Positions 26,119 to 36,700 of a stretch of DNA of 64,000 nt are shown here, piece by piece. The position numbers and the translations under genes are program-made. The stretch is from Octopus sinensis. Taxonomy: Eukaryota. Each line of letters begins with the position of its first letter. Position 1 is the first letter of the stretch. The notes under the pieces were generated by a model, which worked only from the letters and a program-made list of their open reading frames with translations, made no database searches and was not told the DNA's origin. The DNA is taken from assembly GCF_006345805.1 (NCBI RefSeq), contig NC_043005.1, forward strand, positions 54,870,001-54,934,000. Direction: 5' to 3'.

Positions 26119-26550
26119 TCGTCATCATTATCATCATTTAAGGTCCATTTTCCATGCCGGCATGGGTTGGACAGTTTAACAGGAACTGGTTAGCTACAAG
26201 ACTGTGCTAAGCACTACTGCCTGTTTTTGCATGGTTTCTACAGCTGAATATCCTATGTAAAACCAACATAATTTTATAAATACAAATATATATATATGTA
26301 CCTTCGAAACGCGGAGAAGATGAAACAGGGGCAACTGAAGAAGGGGAATATTCCTTGTGTTGTATGTCTTGTACTCTGTTTTTTTTTTTGTTGTTTGAAA
26401 AAAGTTCGTTTCTATGTTTTTGTTTTTATGCTTTCGTTTCTCATTGTGTTCCACGTTTTTTATGTCCTGTACCCATATATGCATATATATACATATATAT
26501 GTAGGTATGTACATATATGTATGTATATATGCATATATTTATATATATTA

Positions 26551-26679
<129 letters not shown>

Positions 26680-26748
26680 GTATGTATCATGTTGAACCAT
26701 TCATCCCTACACATTTTTTTCTCTCGTTTCTTTTGTTCCTTCTTAATC

Positions 26749-26783
26749 CTTTCTGTCGAAGAGCATAGGCTCAAAATATCAAC
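26749..26783 (+). ncRNA. Decayed family F hammerhead-like motif
   Basis: cttt-CTGTCGA-a-gagc-atag-gctc-AAAA-ta-TC-aac; flanks homologous to 20975-21160 and 16120-16305. Confidence 0.35.
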
Positions 26784-26921
26784 GTCTATTCCTTTATTCA
26801 CAAGTGTTAAACTAACACCTGCTTGTTGTTCTTTCACCCATCTTTGTCTTTGTCTTTTGTTTTCTGTAGATTTGAACTATGTGTGTGTATGTGTGTGTGT
26901 GTATGTACATATATATAGTTC

Positions 26922-27075
26922 AAATCCACGGAATTTTAAAAAACATTTGGCCAACCATCTTTCTGCATTTAAATATATTCATAAACGTAATACTACAGGT
27001 CTTAGTAAACTAATTTGGCACCTCAAAGACTGTAACAATTTTCTTTAGAACGAAAAATTTTGTCACCATCTTTTC
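26922..27075 (+). pseudogene. Penelope-like GIY-YIG endonuclease fragment
   Basis: [33 protein letters not shown] fits the FK.R..NH..SF...T.LS..IW.LK pattern of PLE endonucleases. Confidence 0.65.
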
Positions 27076-27435
27076 CCTTACGGACGAACAACGATCCTTT
27101 TTTCGAAACACATACACACACACTGGTCAATACCTATAAAGAACGTGTTTACAGGGGTTTACATTGGGAAAAACATACTTTCAGCTATTTCAAATAATAT
27201 CTGCCCTCTTGCCGAATAATATTTGCAACTTAAACTTAATTCTTTTCGTTACATACATCCTATTCTTTCCTTCTTCTTTTCTATCTATCTGTCATTCCCT
27301 TTCTATTTGTTTTTACCTCCATTAGTCCTTTAATTCTCTTTCTTCTTTCTCTTCTTTTCTCCTCCTGTAACGTCATATTTCTTAATGGTATTTTAAAATT
27401 ACTAGCGTTCCCTTTCCACCTTTGTTTTTCATATA

Positions 27436-27833
27436 TCTTTATATATAAAAGTGAGGTTGTGTGCTGTCTGTCTCCTACGATTTAGATTCCTAACTACTCC
27501 CACATTTTGCGATGCAGTTTAACCAAAACCGGGTATCTTATAGTCGTGATTCATATCAAGCCCTTCTGGGTATTAGCGCGCGTCTACGATGAGTCTACGA
27601 TTTAAAAAAAATTTACCCTCAATTTTTCCCATTTTTAATGCATTTTTGGCATATATAAGGGAAGTAACTCTCTAAAAATTTATTATTAAATCTCAGAACG
27701 TAAAAAAGCTACAGTAACACCCCCCTCCTTTGTGGTTAGCCATATTGAGATGGCTATTATACTTTACATCTCTAAAAATGCTTATATAGTTATTTCCCTT
27801 ACAAACCCGAGCAACGCCGGGCGATACTGCTAG
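27436..27833 (+). mobile_element. Non-autonomous Helitron
   Basis: A|TCTTTATATATAAAAG ... cccgagcaacgccggg hairpin, CTAG|T; no TSD; inserted between A and T. Confidence 0.85.
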
Positions 27834-28155
27834 TATTATATATTATAGTTTCTTACTTCTGTAAAAATGGCTTATTCATGAGATTGATGCTTTTTTCCAC
27901 ATTATACTTCCTCTCAGATTTTTTTAATTGTATCAACCGAAATATGTGTTGGTGATATGGTGATGTAAATGATTTAAATAACATCTTGTGCGTTTGTCTC
28001 CATTTTCCATTATTCTGATGTTCTCCAAAACATGTCTCACTTCTCCTCGGAATTATCACCTATGCAAGTGTGATTAATAATTTCTTAGGTGCTTATGTGA
28101 TATTTGGCTACCCTGTAATTGTTCCACTGTTTTCTTTCCGTGTAAATCGAGCATT

Positions 28156-28194
<39 letters not shown>

Positions 28195-28196
<2 letters not shown>

Positions 28197-28865
28197 CAGA
28201 GAAAGTAGTCTTTCTGTGTGGCAAATATATAAGTACAATAAACACTAGAAATGTACAGAAAATAGACTTCGTCAAATGCCAGGGGAGATTCTTAGAAGTA
28301 ATAAATTGCTTTCGTTATTGAGGGGACCAAGACAACAGTGGATGTGGATGCTCCGAGAGTATAGCTGCTAGAAAATGAATAGGCTGGGTAAGGTTCAGTG
28401 AGCTTCTATTTTTGTTGGTAACAAAGGGCTGCTCCCTCAGTAAAAGGCAGATTGCACGATACCTGTGTGTGAACAGCCATGCTACACAGCAGTGAAACAT
28501 AGGCTGTGACTGCAGAAGACATGCAGAAGACATGCAAAGGCTTGAAAGAAACGAAACTAGTATGCTTTACTGGATGGGGGATGTCAGTGTGCACGTATGA
28601 CAGAATATAAGCATCTTGACAGAAAAATTGAGCACAAGAGGCATTAGATGTCAAATGCAAGAGAGAAGACTGTGCTAGAATGGTCATGTGATGCATATGG
28701 ATGAAGACACCTGTATAAAGAAGTACTGGTCCCTAATTGTCCAGGCAACCTGTAGAAGAGATAGACTCAGAGAGACATAGGGCAAGGTGGTGAAGCGTGA
28801 TCGTCAGATGTTAAGTTTCACAGAGGCAATGACAAGTAATTGAAACTTTTGGCGATTTACTGTGT
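28195..28865 (+). pseudogene. Decayed RTE LINE 3' portion, same family as 32092-34454
   Basis: TEKVVFLCGKY..LEVINCFRY*GDQ..GCSESIAAR.. aligns with TDKIAFMCGRC..LEVVDSFRYLGDQ..GCTESITTR.. of the 650-aa ORF. Confidence 0.85.
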
Positions 28866-28868
28866 TTG

Positions 28869-29470
28869 TGTTGTAGGAAATTAGTAATAATGGTACACCC
28901 TTCCTACGTGACAAATGGAATAATCTAGTCACTATAAGTAAAGAGAAGTATATGAAGCACTGAAGTACGTAGTAGGCAGTCAGTGATAGTCGTGTCTTTA
29001 CTGGTTTTACTAAGTATGATGTATACAGAGTGGGCATTATATCAATACAACATTTTAAGGATATAACAGTGGTGGCAAGGAGTTAAACAACTCACAAGGA
29101 ATTAATAAACTTGACGAAGATAAACCAATTCAAGTTGAGTAAATAGAACCTCAAAGAGGAGTTAATAATTTCACAAAGTTGGTGTACGAATTTTATGAAA
29201 AATCATATGGAAAATTTGTTGACAGGTTTGCTCAAGTTGAAAAATCATATGGAAAATTTGTTGACAGGTTTGCTCGAGTTGCAAAAACAGCAGCAACAGC
29301 TGAAAGAACAACAACAACAACAACAGCAGATACGACTGCAACAACAGAAGCAAGAAAAAACATATAGTATTACACCAACAAATGCTACAGTTACTGAAGT
29401 CATCAAGAAAGTCAGAAAAAGTGTTCTTGCCAGACTATATTGCAAACACAATAATAGAGTTCAGATATGA
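28869..29470 (+). mobile_element. Gypsy-like 5' LTR + PBS + gag N-terminus stub
   Basis: TGTTGTA(28869)...TATAACA(29068), then g-TGGTGGCA (PBS-like, compatible with a tRNA-Leu 3' end), then Q-rich ORF 29195-29470 MENLLTGLLELQKQQQQ. Confidence 0.5.
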
Positions 29471-29699
29471 ACCAGACGAAGGAGTTACCTTCAAGGTATA
29501 CTACAGAAGATCTTTTTATTTTTCATCTTTTACTGGCTTTATTTTCGATAAAGAATGTTAAGATTTGGATGCCGAAATGAAAACGTGCTTAAACTTAAGA
29601 AAACTGGCAGCAACAGAACATGAACAATACAGTAATTATGTACTCCCAAGAAAACCTTTGGACATAATCTTTAATGACGCTCATACCCATTTACTGGAT

Positions 29700-30094
29700 T
29701 CTCTCTGCGCAGAAATATAGTTTATAAGTGTTGTGTAGAGATACCTGCCACACATATTGTAAGGGTTTACACAGGAAGTACCACTGATTTTAGGTATCAC
29801 TATAAGGTTAATTTGAATTCGTTTATTAACTTAAGATATAAATTTACAACAATGCTTGCCACATATAATCACAAACTTAAGCTAAAGAATATACAATACT
29901 CATTATGTTGGTCTATAATAGCAGAAGCCTCTCCATATAATACAGTTACATGTGTATGTAAACTATGTATTAAAGAATCTATAAACATTCCCTGTCGATA
30001 TAATTCTACATTATTGAATAAGTTCTCTTATGCTTTGTACTCTGGTAACCATAGATACTATTCAACATTTAAGCATTTTGATCAATCTGGATAG
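29700..30094 (+). pseudogene. Penelope-like GIY-YIG endonuclease relic
   Basis: IVYKCCV..TGSTTDF..WSIIAEASPYNTVTCVCKLCIKESINI..LLNK..NHR; CxLCxxE..LLN motif of PLE endonucleases. Confidence 0.75.
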
Positions 30095-30336
30095 ATTGAC
30101 CATTGAACTCTATAATTAGCTACATTCCACTTAATATTTATACTCGCATCCCTCTCTCACCTTTCTCTTAGTGAATAATTACTCATTTATAATCTACCAT
30201 GTTTTCTAAATTTACTTCCCACAATTCTTGCTATAACATTTCCTCTTCCTGCTAACACATAAAGCTCTTTATAAAACCAAACACCCATTTACTCATTATG
30301 ACAGTATATGAGATGTGAATTCTTAACTAAGACTTT

Positions 30337-30424
30337 CTCCCTGATGAAGGAGGCAGCGTCTAAAATTTGGATAGGAATATCCTTTATTTGCATGGATTAG
30401 TGTACCCTTGAAACTACGTCGGAG
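30337..30424 (+). ncRNA. Type I hammerhead ribozyme-like motif downstream of the PLE endonuclease
   Basis: ctcc-CTGATGA-agg..cctt-GAAAC-tac-GTC-ggag; GUC triplet, 4-bp stem I; same strand as the GIY-YIG relic. Confidence 0.7.
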
Positions 30425-30909
30425 TATCACCACTTAATTCTTGAAATTGGAGTACCACCATCTAATCGTTGGAAACTTTACCTTCTTGCTGGTTGCTTGA
30501 ATATTTCTTTATTCACCTTTTCCTGAAGATTTACACTTTTATATTTTTCATATCTTTTTCACAATGCTCTTAATCTGTAAGTCAGACATCTTCAATATAT
30601 ACCTCTTAAGATTCTAATATATCTTTATACATCAGTATAGTTTTTCTACCCACATATGTCTATTCTATTGTTTTATATTTATGTATCTGTAAATTTTTTA
30701 TATTTTTTTTCAATATTTCAGTGTGTGATACATTAAATGTATTTCATAATTTGCATACACCAGTTTTATGGCTGAGTATATGTTGTATTATTATTCTAAA
30801 CTGTTGAACCTACCTGAATTCTCCTTTTAAATATAATATACATATCTAATATTTCAGGTAGTCTATCTGAGCACTTCACAGTGCTGCCTATATAATAAAA
30901 AAAAATATA

Positions 30910-30951
<42 letters not shown>

Positions 30952-31524
30952 CTTAAAAAACATATGTAATCTTGAAAAACCTCACTTTTTTTGTCATTGA
31001 AATAAACAGTACTGTGCTCTGTCTTGTTATCTATTTTTTTTAGTACTTTTTTTACATTCAAGTATAATGCTACTACCACACTTGAACTCTGACGTTTTTT
31101 GCATAATATTTTTTGTATTATAGATTATTATGCATGGCATACATCTGTGTGTGTGTGTGTGTGTGTTTGTGTGTGTGTATGCGTGTGTATGTGTGTGTGT
31201 GTGGCAATTTCCCAAAACTAACATGTCTACAATGTACTTTTAATTCTCAGTCATAGCAATCTCTCTTATTCTTTTAATGCTTATGGAAAAAGTATGGAAA
31301 TCACATCTCTTATTCTCTCTATCAAAATGGTACTAATTTAGCAAGTCTCCCATTGCTGGATACCTTTCGATCAGTTTTTGTATCAGAAAAAGTTACAAGC
31401 CTCTTATATAATGCTTTTTGCTAATATCAACCTAGATCTAATCAACATAGGTATTAATTGGAGGGCCCATGAAAGCCAATAGCACAATCTTTTTCCTTGG
31501 ACCAAACTAAAATATATCTCTTAT

Positions 31525-31861
31525 GCTGAGACCCCTTCGGTCATGACTGACCATGGGATTGCACCTAGGAAGTTACCCTCCCAGGCACAAGTCCGGGCAA
31601 GGTTGTTTATGGAAGACCAGCAGTCGCCCAAGCATACCGGCCTCCCCTACCCATGCCACTAGTGTTATCCAAGTGAAAGGCAAAGGCCGATACAGCTTGG
31701 CACCTGTGATGTTGCAACTCATTTCTACAGCTGAGTGAACTGGAGCAACGTGAAATAAAGTGTCTTGCTCAAAACACAACTCACAGCCCGGTCCTGGATT
31801 CGAACTCACAACCTTGCAATCGTAAGCTCAATGCTCTAACCACTGAGCCATGCGCCTTCAC
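31525..31861 (-). mobile_element. tRNA-derived SINE family D, full length with 12-bp TSD
   Basis: Minus strand tggctcagtggttagagc (A box) and gagttcgaatcc (B box); TSD tatatctcttat at 31513-31524 and 31862-31873. Confidence 0.9.
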
Positions 31862-32053
31862 TATATCTCTTATATGTTTCTGTCATTTGACTGAGGCGAT
31901 GCTGGGGCACCACCTTAAAGAATCTTTAGTAAGATGAACCAATCCGATTACTTATTTTTCTAAGCCTGGTATGCTGTTATGGGGATGTAAACACACCACT
32001 GCCCGTTGTCAAGCAGTGGCAGGGGACAAACACAAACACAAAGTCACACACAA

Positions 32054-32091
<38 letters not shown>

Positions 32092-32093
<2 letters not shown>

Positions 32094-34454
32094 CATCATC
32101 ATCATCATCATCATCGTTTAACGTCCGCTTTCCGCGCTAGCACGGGTTGGACGGTTCGACCGGGTCTGGGAAGCCAGGGGCCGCTCCAGGCTCCAGTCTG
32201 AATCTGGCAGAGTTTCTACGGCTGGATGCCCTTCCTAACGCCAACCACTCCGTGAGTGGATTGGGTGCTTTTTACGTGCCACCTGCACAGGGCCGGAGGG
32301 TCCGGCATCGTCACGATCGGTTCGAGCATTTTAACGTGTCAGCGGCACGGGGGCAACGAGGTCCGGGGTACTTTGGGGATCGGGGTACTTTGGGGATCCA
32401 GGGTACTTTGGGGATCCGGGTACTTAGAATGGGTAGGGGGTATGTGGAATTGCTGCAGAAAGCAGCCCGGGTCTTTGTAGTCACAGCATATCTCCAGAGA
32501 TCTCGGTCCTTCGCCATTGCCTCAGTGAGGCCCAATGCTCTGAGGTCATGCTTGACCACCTCATCCCATGTCTTCCTGGGTCTACCTCTCCCCCTGATAC
32601 CTTCAACTGTTTGGGAGTGGCACTTCTTCACACATCTCTCTTCATCCATCCGCAGCACATGACCATACCATCGCAAGCGTCGCTCTTGCACACCACATCT
32701 GATGCTTCTTATATCCAGCATTTCTCTCAGGATACTTACACTCTGTTTTGCGTGCACACTGACACTACACATCCAGCGGATCATGCTAGCTTCATTTCTT
32801 TCAAGTCTACGCATGTCTTCTGCAGTCACAGCCCATGTTTCATTACCGTGAAGCATGGCAGTTCGCACACATGCATCATACAATCTACCTTTTGCTCTGA
32901 GGGAGAGACCTTTTGTTGCCAGTAGGGGTAGGAGCTTTCTGAACTTTGCCCAGGCTATTCGTATTCTAGTGGTGATACTCTCTGTGCATCCACCTCCGCT
33001 ACTAACTTGGTCACCCAGGTAGCGGAAACTATCAACTACTTCTAGTTTCTCTCCCTGGAGTGTGATGGAATCTGTTTTCTGAGTGTCTGTTGTGTCTATT
33101 GTCCCTGTGCATCTGCCGCACATGAAAGCTATCTTATCTGTTAATTTCCCTTTAATGTTGCTGCACCTCTTATGTGTCCATAACTTACATTGGGTGCATC
33201 TTATGGAGTTTCTACCTGTACCTTTCCTACAGGTTGAGCAGGGCCACCTACCCGAGGGGATGTGTGCTGAGTACCTCTTGCTGCTTACTAATACTTTGGT
33301 CTTTGCTACATTTATTCTAAGGCCCTTTGATTCCAACCCTTGCTTCCACACCCGAAATTTCTCTTCTAGTTCCGGTAGTGATTCTGCTATGAGAGCTAGG
33401 TCATCGGCATAGAGGAGCTCCCAGGGGCATCCCGTTTTGAATTCCTCTGTTATTGCCTGAAGGACTATGATGAATAAAAGGGGACTGAGGGCTGAGCCCT
33501 GGTGCACACCTACTTCTACCCGGAATTCTTCACTATATTCGTTGCCAATCCTAACCTTGCTGACAGCCTCTCTGTATAGAGCCTGTACAGCCCTTATTAG
33601 CCATTCTTCAATCTCCAGTTTCCGCATCGACCACCAGATAAGGAAACGGGGAACCCTGTCAAAGGCTTTCTCCAAGTCTACAAAAGCTATGTAGAGGGGT
33701 TTATCTTTAGCTAGGTACTTCTCCTGCAGTTGTCGGACCAGGAATATAGCATCAGTGGTGCTTCTACCTGGTACAAAACCGAACTGCATTTCATCTAAAC
33801 AAATTCTCTCCCTAATGAGATTGGTTATGACCTTCTCTGAGACCTTCATCACCTGGTCCAACAGTTTGATACCTCTGTAGTTATTTCTATCTAGAGCATC
33901 ACCCTTACCCTTGTAGCAGTTGACTATGGTGCTGCTGCACCAGTCATTGGGTATGACTCCATTGTGAACTACCTGGTTTACAATGCGGGTGACTATGGCA
34001 TAGCCCACATAGCCCACATAGCCAGCTGTTTTAAGCATCTCAGCAGTGATTCCTGATAGGCCAGGGGCTTTGCCTGGTTTCATATCCTTAATTGCCTTAT
34101 CTACAAGGGAGCTGTCTATTCGGGTAGCTGGTCCCTCTATTGGGTCAACATTTGGCAGGCTCTCCTCCTCCCATTCATTCTCCTCATTCAGCAGTCTTTC
34201 ATAATGGCTTCTCCAAGCCTCTTTCTTTTCACTAGTAGTAAAAGCAAGTGCCCCATCATCCATGCGGACACATTTCTCTCCTATAACATCGCTATTTTCT
34301 CTGACACACTGTCTGGCAATCCGAAATACTTCAGCTCTTTGATCCTCGCGACGCTGGACATTGGCAAACTTCTTCTTTTCTGCTACATCTTTGGCAATGT
34401 ATACCTGCCGCCCAGCCTCCCTTTTGGCTATCTGGTACAGTTCCCTGCTGCCCC
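32092..34454 (-). mobile_element. RTE-clade LINE, 5'-truncated, with 3'UTR and (GAT)n tail
   Basis: Reading frame stays open upstream of 34263 to ~34454 (GSRELYQIAKREAGRQV..); no APE domain present; tail ttaaacgatgatgatg. Confidence 0.92.
32311..34263 (-). CDS. RTE-type reverse transcriptase (truncated ORF) with internal PHD-like zinc finger
   Basis: Motifs KAPG, NYRGIKLL, QFGF, FVDLEKAFDRV, GVHQGSALSPLLF, LLYADD, FRYLG, RLRWYGHV, RGRGRPRKTW; no internal stop over 650 aa. Confidence 0.9.
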   Translation of the reverse strand: MDDGALAFTTSEKKEAWRSHYERLLNEENEWEEESLPNVDPIEGPATRIDSSLVDKAIKDMKPGKAPGLSGITAEMLKTAGYVGYVGYAIVTRIVNQVVHNGVIPNDWCSSTIVNCYKGKGDALDRNNYRGIKLLDQVMKVSEKVITNLIRERICLDEMQFGFVPGRSTTDAIFLVRQLQEKYLAKDKPLYIAFVDLEKAFDRVPRFLIWWSMRKLEIEEWLIRAVQALYREAVSKVRIGNEYSEEFRVEVGVHQGSALSPLLFIIVLQAITEEFKTGCPWELLYADDLALIAESLPELEEKFRVWKQGLESKGLRINVAKTKVLVSSKRYSAHIPSGRWPCSTCRKGTGRNSIRCTQCKLWTHKRCSNIKGKLTDKIAFMCGRCTGTIDTTDTQKTDSITLQGEKLEVVDSFRYLGDQVSSGGGCTESITTRIRIAWAKFRKLLPLLATKGLSLRAKGRLYDACVRTAMLHGNETWAVTAEDMRRLERNEASMIRWMCSVSVHAKQSVSILREMLDIRSIRCGVQERRLRWYGHVLRMDEERCVKKCHSQTVEGIRGRGRPRKTWDEVVKHDLRALGLTEAMAKDRDLWRYAVTTKTRAAFCSNSTYPLPILSTRIPKVPWIPKVPRSPKYPGPRCPRAADTLKCSNRS

Positions 34455-35231
34455 CATGTGGTGAGTTTCTTTCAGTTTACATCAACTAAATCCACTCACA
34501 AGGCTTCGGTTGGCCTGAGGCTATAGAAGAAGACATTTGCCCATGGTGCCAGGTAGTGGGACTGAACTGGGAATCATGTGGTTGAGAAGCAAGCTTCTTA
34601 CCACACAGCCACAGCTGCACCTATAAATGTGTGTAAATAAATATATAAAATCATTAAAATGCTCTACTCCACCCTGCCCTGGAAGTCATCAGCTTCCAGA
34701 AAAACATCAACAGCCTTCATTTCCTTGGTTTTGGTATAATTAAGAATGGTAACTGCAGCGCATGCAGGGACGGGTTTATGCATGAGCTAATATGGGCCAT
34801 GACCAGGGCCCTACAGCATGGAGGGTTTCCAAGCATTTAGGACCCCCAACTATTGGAGTGGGGGTTCATTGACTCAGAGAACCCTAAAGCTTGGATTTAA
34901 AAACTTTTTGCTGATGGAATGAGGTAGTGCTGTGACAGGATAGTTCTCATCGCTCTCTTCTGTTTAGAGATTGCTGACGTGGGTACATGCCTCTTGACCC
35001 TACATGGCCTGTGAGCCCTGGATATGTTACTACTGCTGCCATTGCTGCTACCACCTTGTATGTCAGCATGTGAGCACCCTTCACCTTTGCTGCCATCGTC
35101 ACACTCCACCTCATGTTCCCAGCAGCCACTTTGTAAACAGAAATTAAGTTTGTACTTCAGCATTGTTGCAATCTAAAGACTGAAACAAGTAACAGAGATT
35201 AAATAGTTTGTAATTTTTGTTTTTAATCAAG

Positions 35232-35330
35232 GAGAGTTCTTTTAAAACTGTTGAGCTCTCTTTTGATATAGTGGACCTGCAAAATCTTTGGCTAATCCAG
35301 CCCTCTGTGTGTGATTGTGTGTGTGTGTGT

Positions 35331-35372
<42 letters not shown>

Positions 35373-35481
35373 ATGTTTGCAAGTAGAGTTCTTTTAAAAT
35401 TATTGAGCTCTCTTTTGATATAGTGGACCGCAAAATCTTCGGCTAATCCAGCCCTCTGTGTGTGATTGTGTGTGTGTGTGT

Positions 35482-35521
<40 letters not shown>

Positions 35522-35617
35522 ATGTTTGCAAGTAGAGTTCTTTTTAAATTATTGAGCTCTCTTTTGATATAGTGGACCTGCAAAATCTTTGGCTAATCCA
35601 GCCCTCTGTGTGTGATT

Positions 35618-35662
<45 letters not shown>

Positions 35663-35850
35663 CGAATGTTTGCAAGTAGAGTTCTTTAAAAATTATTGAG
35701 CTCTCTTTTGATATAGTGGACCGCAAAATCTTCGGCTAATCCAGCCCTGTGTGTGTGTGTGTGATTGTGTGCGCGTGTGTGCGTGTGTGTGTGTGTGCAC
35801 GTGTGTATGTGTGTGCATGTGTGAGAGAGAGAGCGTGAATGTTTGCACGT
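35232..35850. repeat. Four-unit ~150-bp tandem array containing GT and GA microsatellites
   Basis: gagctctcttttgatatagtggacc..ggctaatccagccct-(GT)n-(GA)n-cgaatgtttgcaag x4. Confidence 0.9.
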
Positions 35851-36339
35851 TGTATTTCCTTGTCTTGTTATCACTTGGTAGTTGTAAAATGATTGTCACT
35901 ATCATACAAGCAGCGTCATTCATTTCCAGTATTCTGTAAGAATGTGTCTGGCAATGGGGAAATATTATTTTACATGGAAACAGGTGAAAGTTGACAACAG
36001 GAATTGAAATCTGACAATGGAAAAATCTACCTAAAAAAAACTCCATCCAATCCATACAAGCATGGAAAAATGGACATTAAACAACAGCGGCTACAGCAAC
36101 AAAAACGATGATGACAACAACTTGCTGAACTACTGATATAATATATTAAGACCTTATACTAAATATTACCGTTCCTGGCTGAACTCATGAAACACTCATA
36201 ACTGGGAAAGGAGGAATGCACAACATATGGCCAGCCAGGTCACTGAATACTCTGGCATTGGTTCTGTTTGTTAACATATTTTCATGGCTTTTGCATATCA
36301 TATCAACATTTGTATAAAACAAAAATATAGTTTGTGAGT

Positions 36340-36409
36340 CTACTATAGCCTCGGGCGAACCAAAGCCTTGTGAGTGAATTTGGTAGACGGAAACTGAATG
36401 AAGCCCATC

Positions 36410-36446
<37 letters not shown>

Positions 36447-36700
36447 AGAGAGAGTGTGTGTGTGTGTGTGTGTGTGAGTGTATGTTTGTGTGTCTGTGTT
36501 TGTTCCCCTCCTAACATCACTTGACAACTGATGCTGGTGTGCTTACGTCCCCGTAACTTAGCAGTTCAGCAAAAGAGACCGATAGAATAAGTACTAGGCT
36601 TACAAAGAATAAGTCCTGGGGGCCGATTTGCTCGACTAAAAGGCAGTACTCCAGCATGGCTGCAGTCAAATGACTGAAACAAGTAAAAGAGTAAAAGAGA
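36340..36700 (+). mobile_element. SINE family B, 5'-truncated
   Basis: ctactatagcctcgggc..gtaacttagcagttc..gactgaaacaagtaaaagagtaaaagag. Confidence 0.85.

Larger units (their letters stand above)
31875..34624 (-). mobile_element. SINE family B split by the RTE insertion (halves 31875-32091 and 34455-34624)
   Basis: The 3' half and the 5' half of family B lie either side of the LINE in matching orientation; the break is in the central TA tract. Confidence 0.8.

Noticed and set aside
31790-31861. tRNA gene
   Set aside because: The tRNA-like head belongs to a SINE with a body and TSD; no clean cloverleaf acceptor stem.
35232-35850. CRISPR-like repeat/spacer appearance
   Set aside because: The spacers are microsatellites, the units are ~150 bp, the context is eukaryotic and there are no cas genes.
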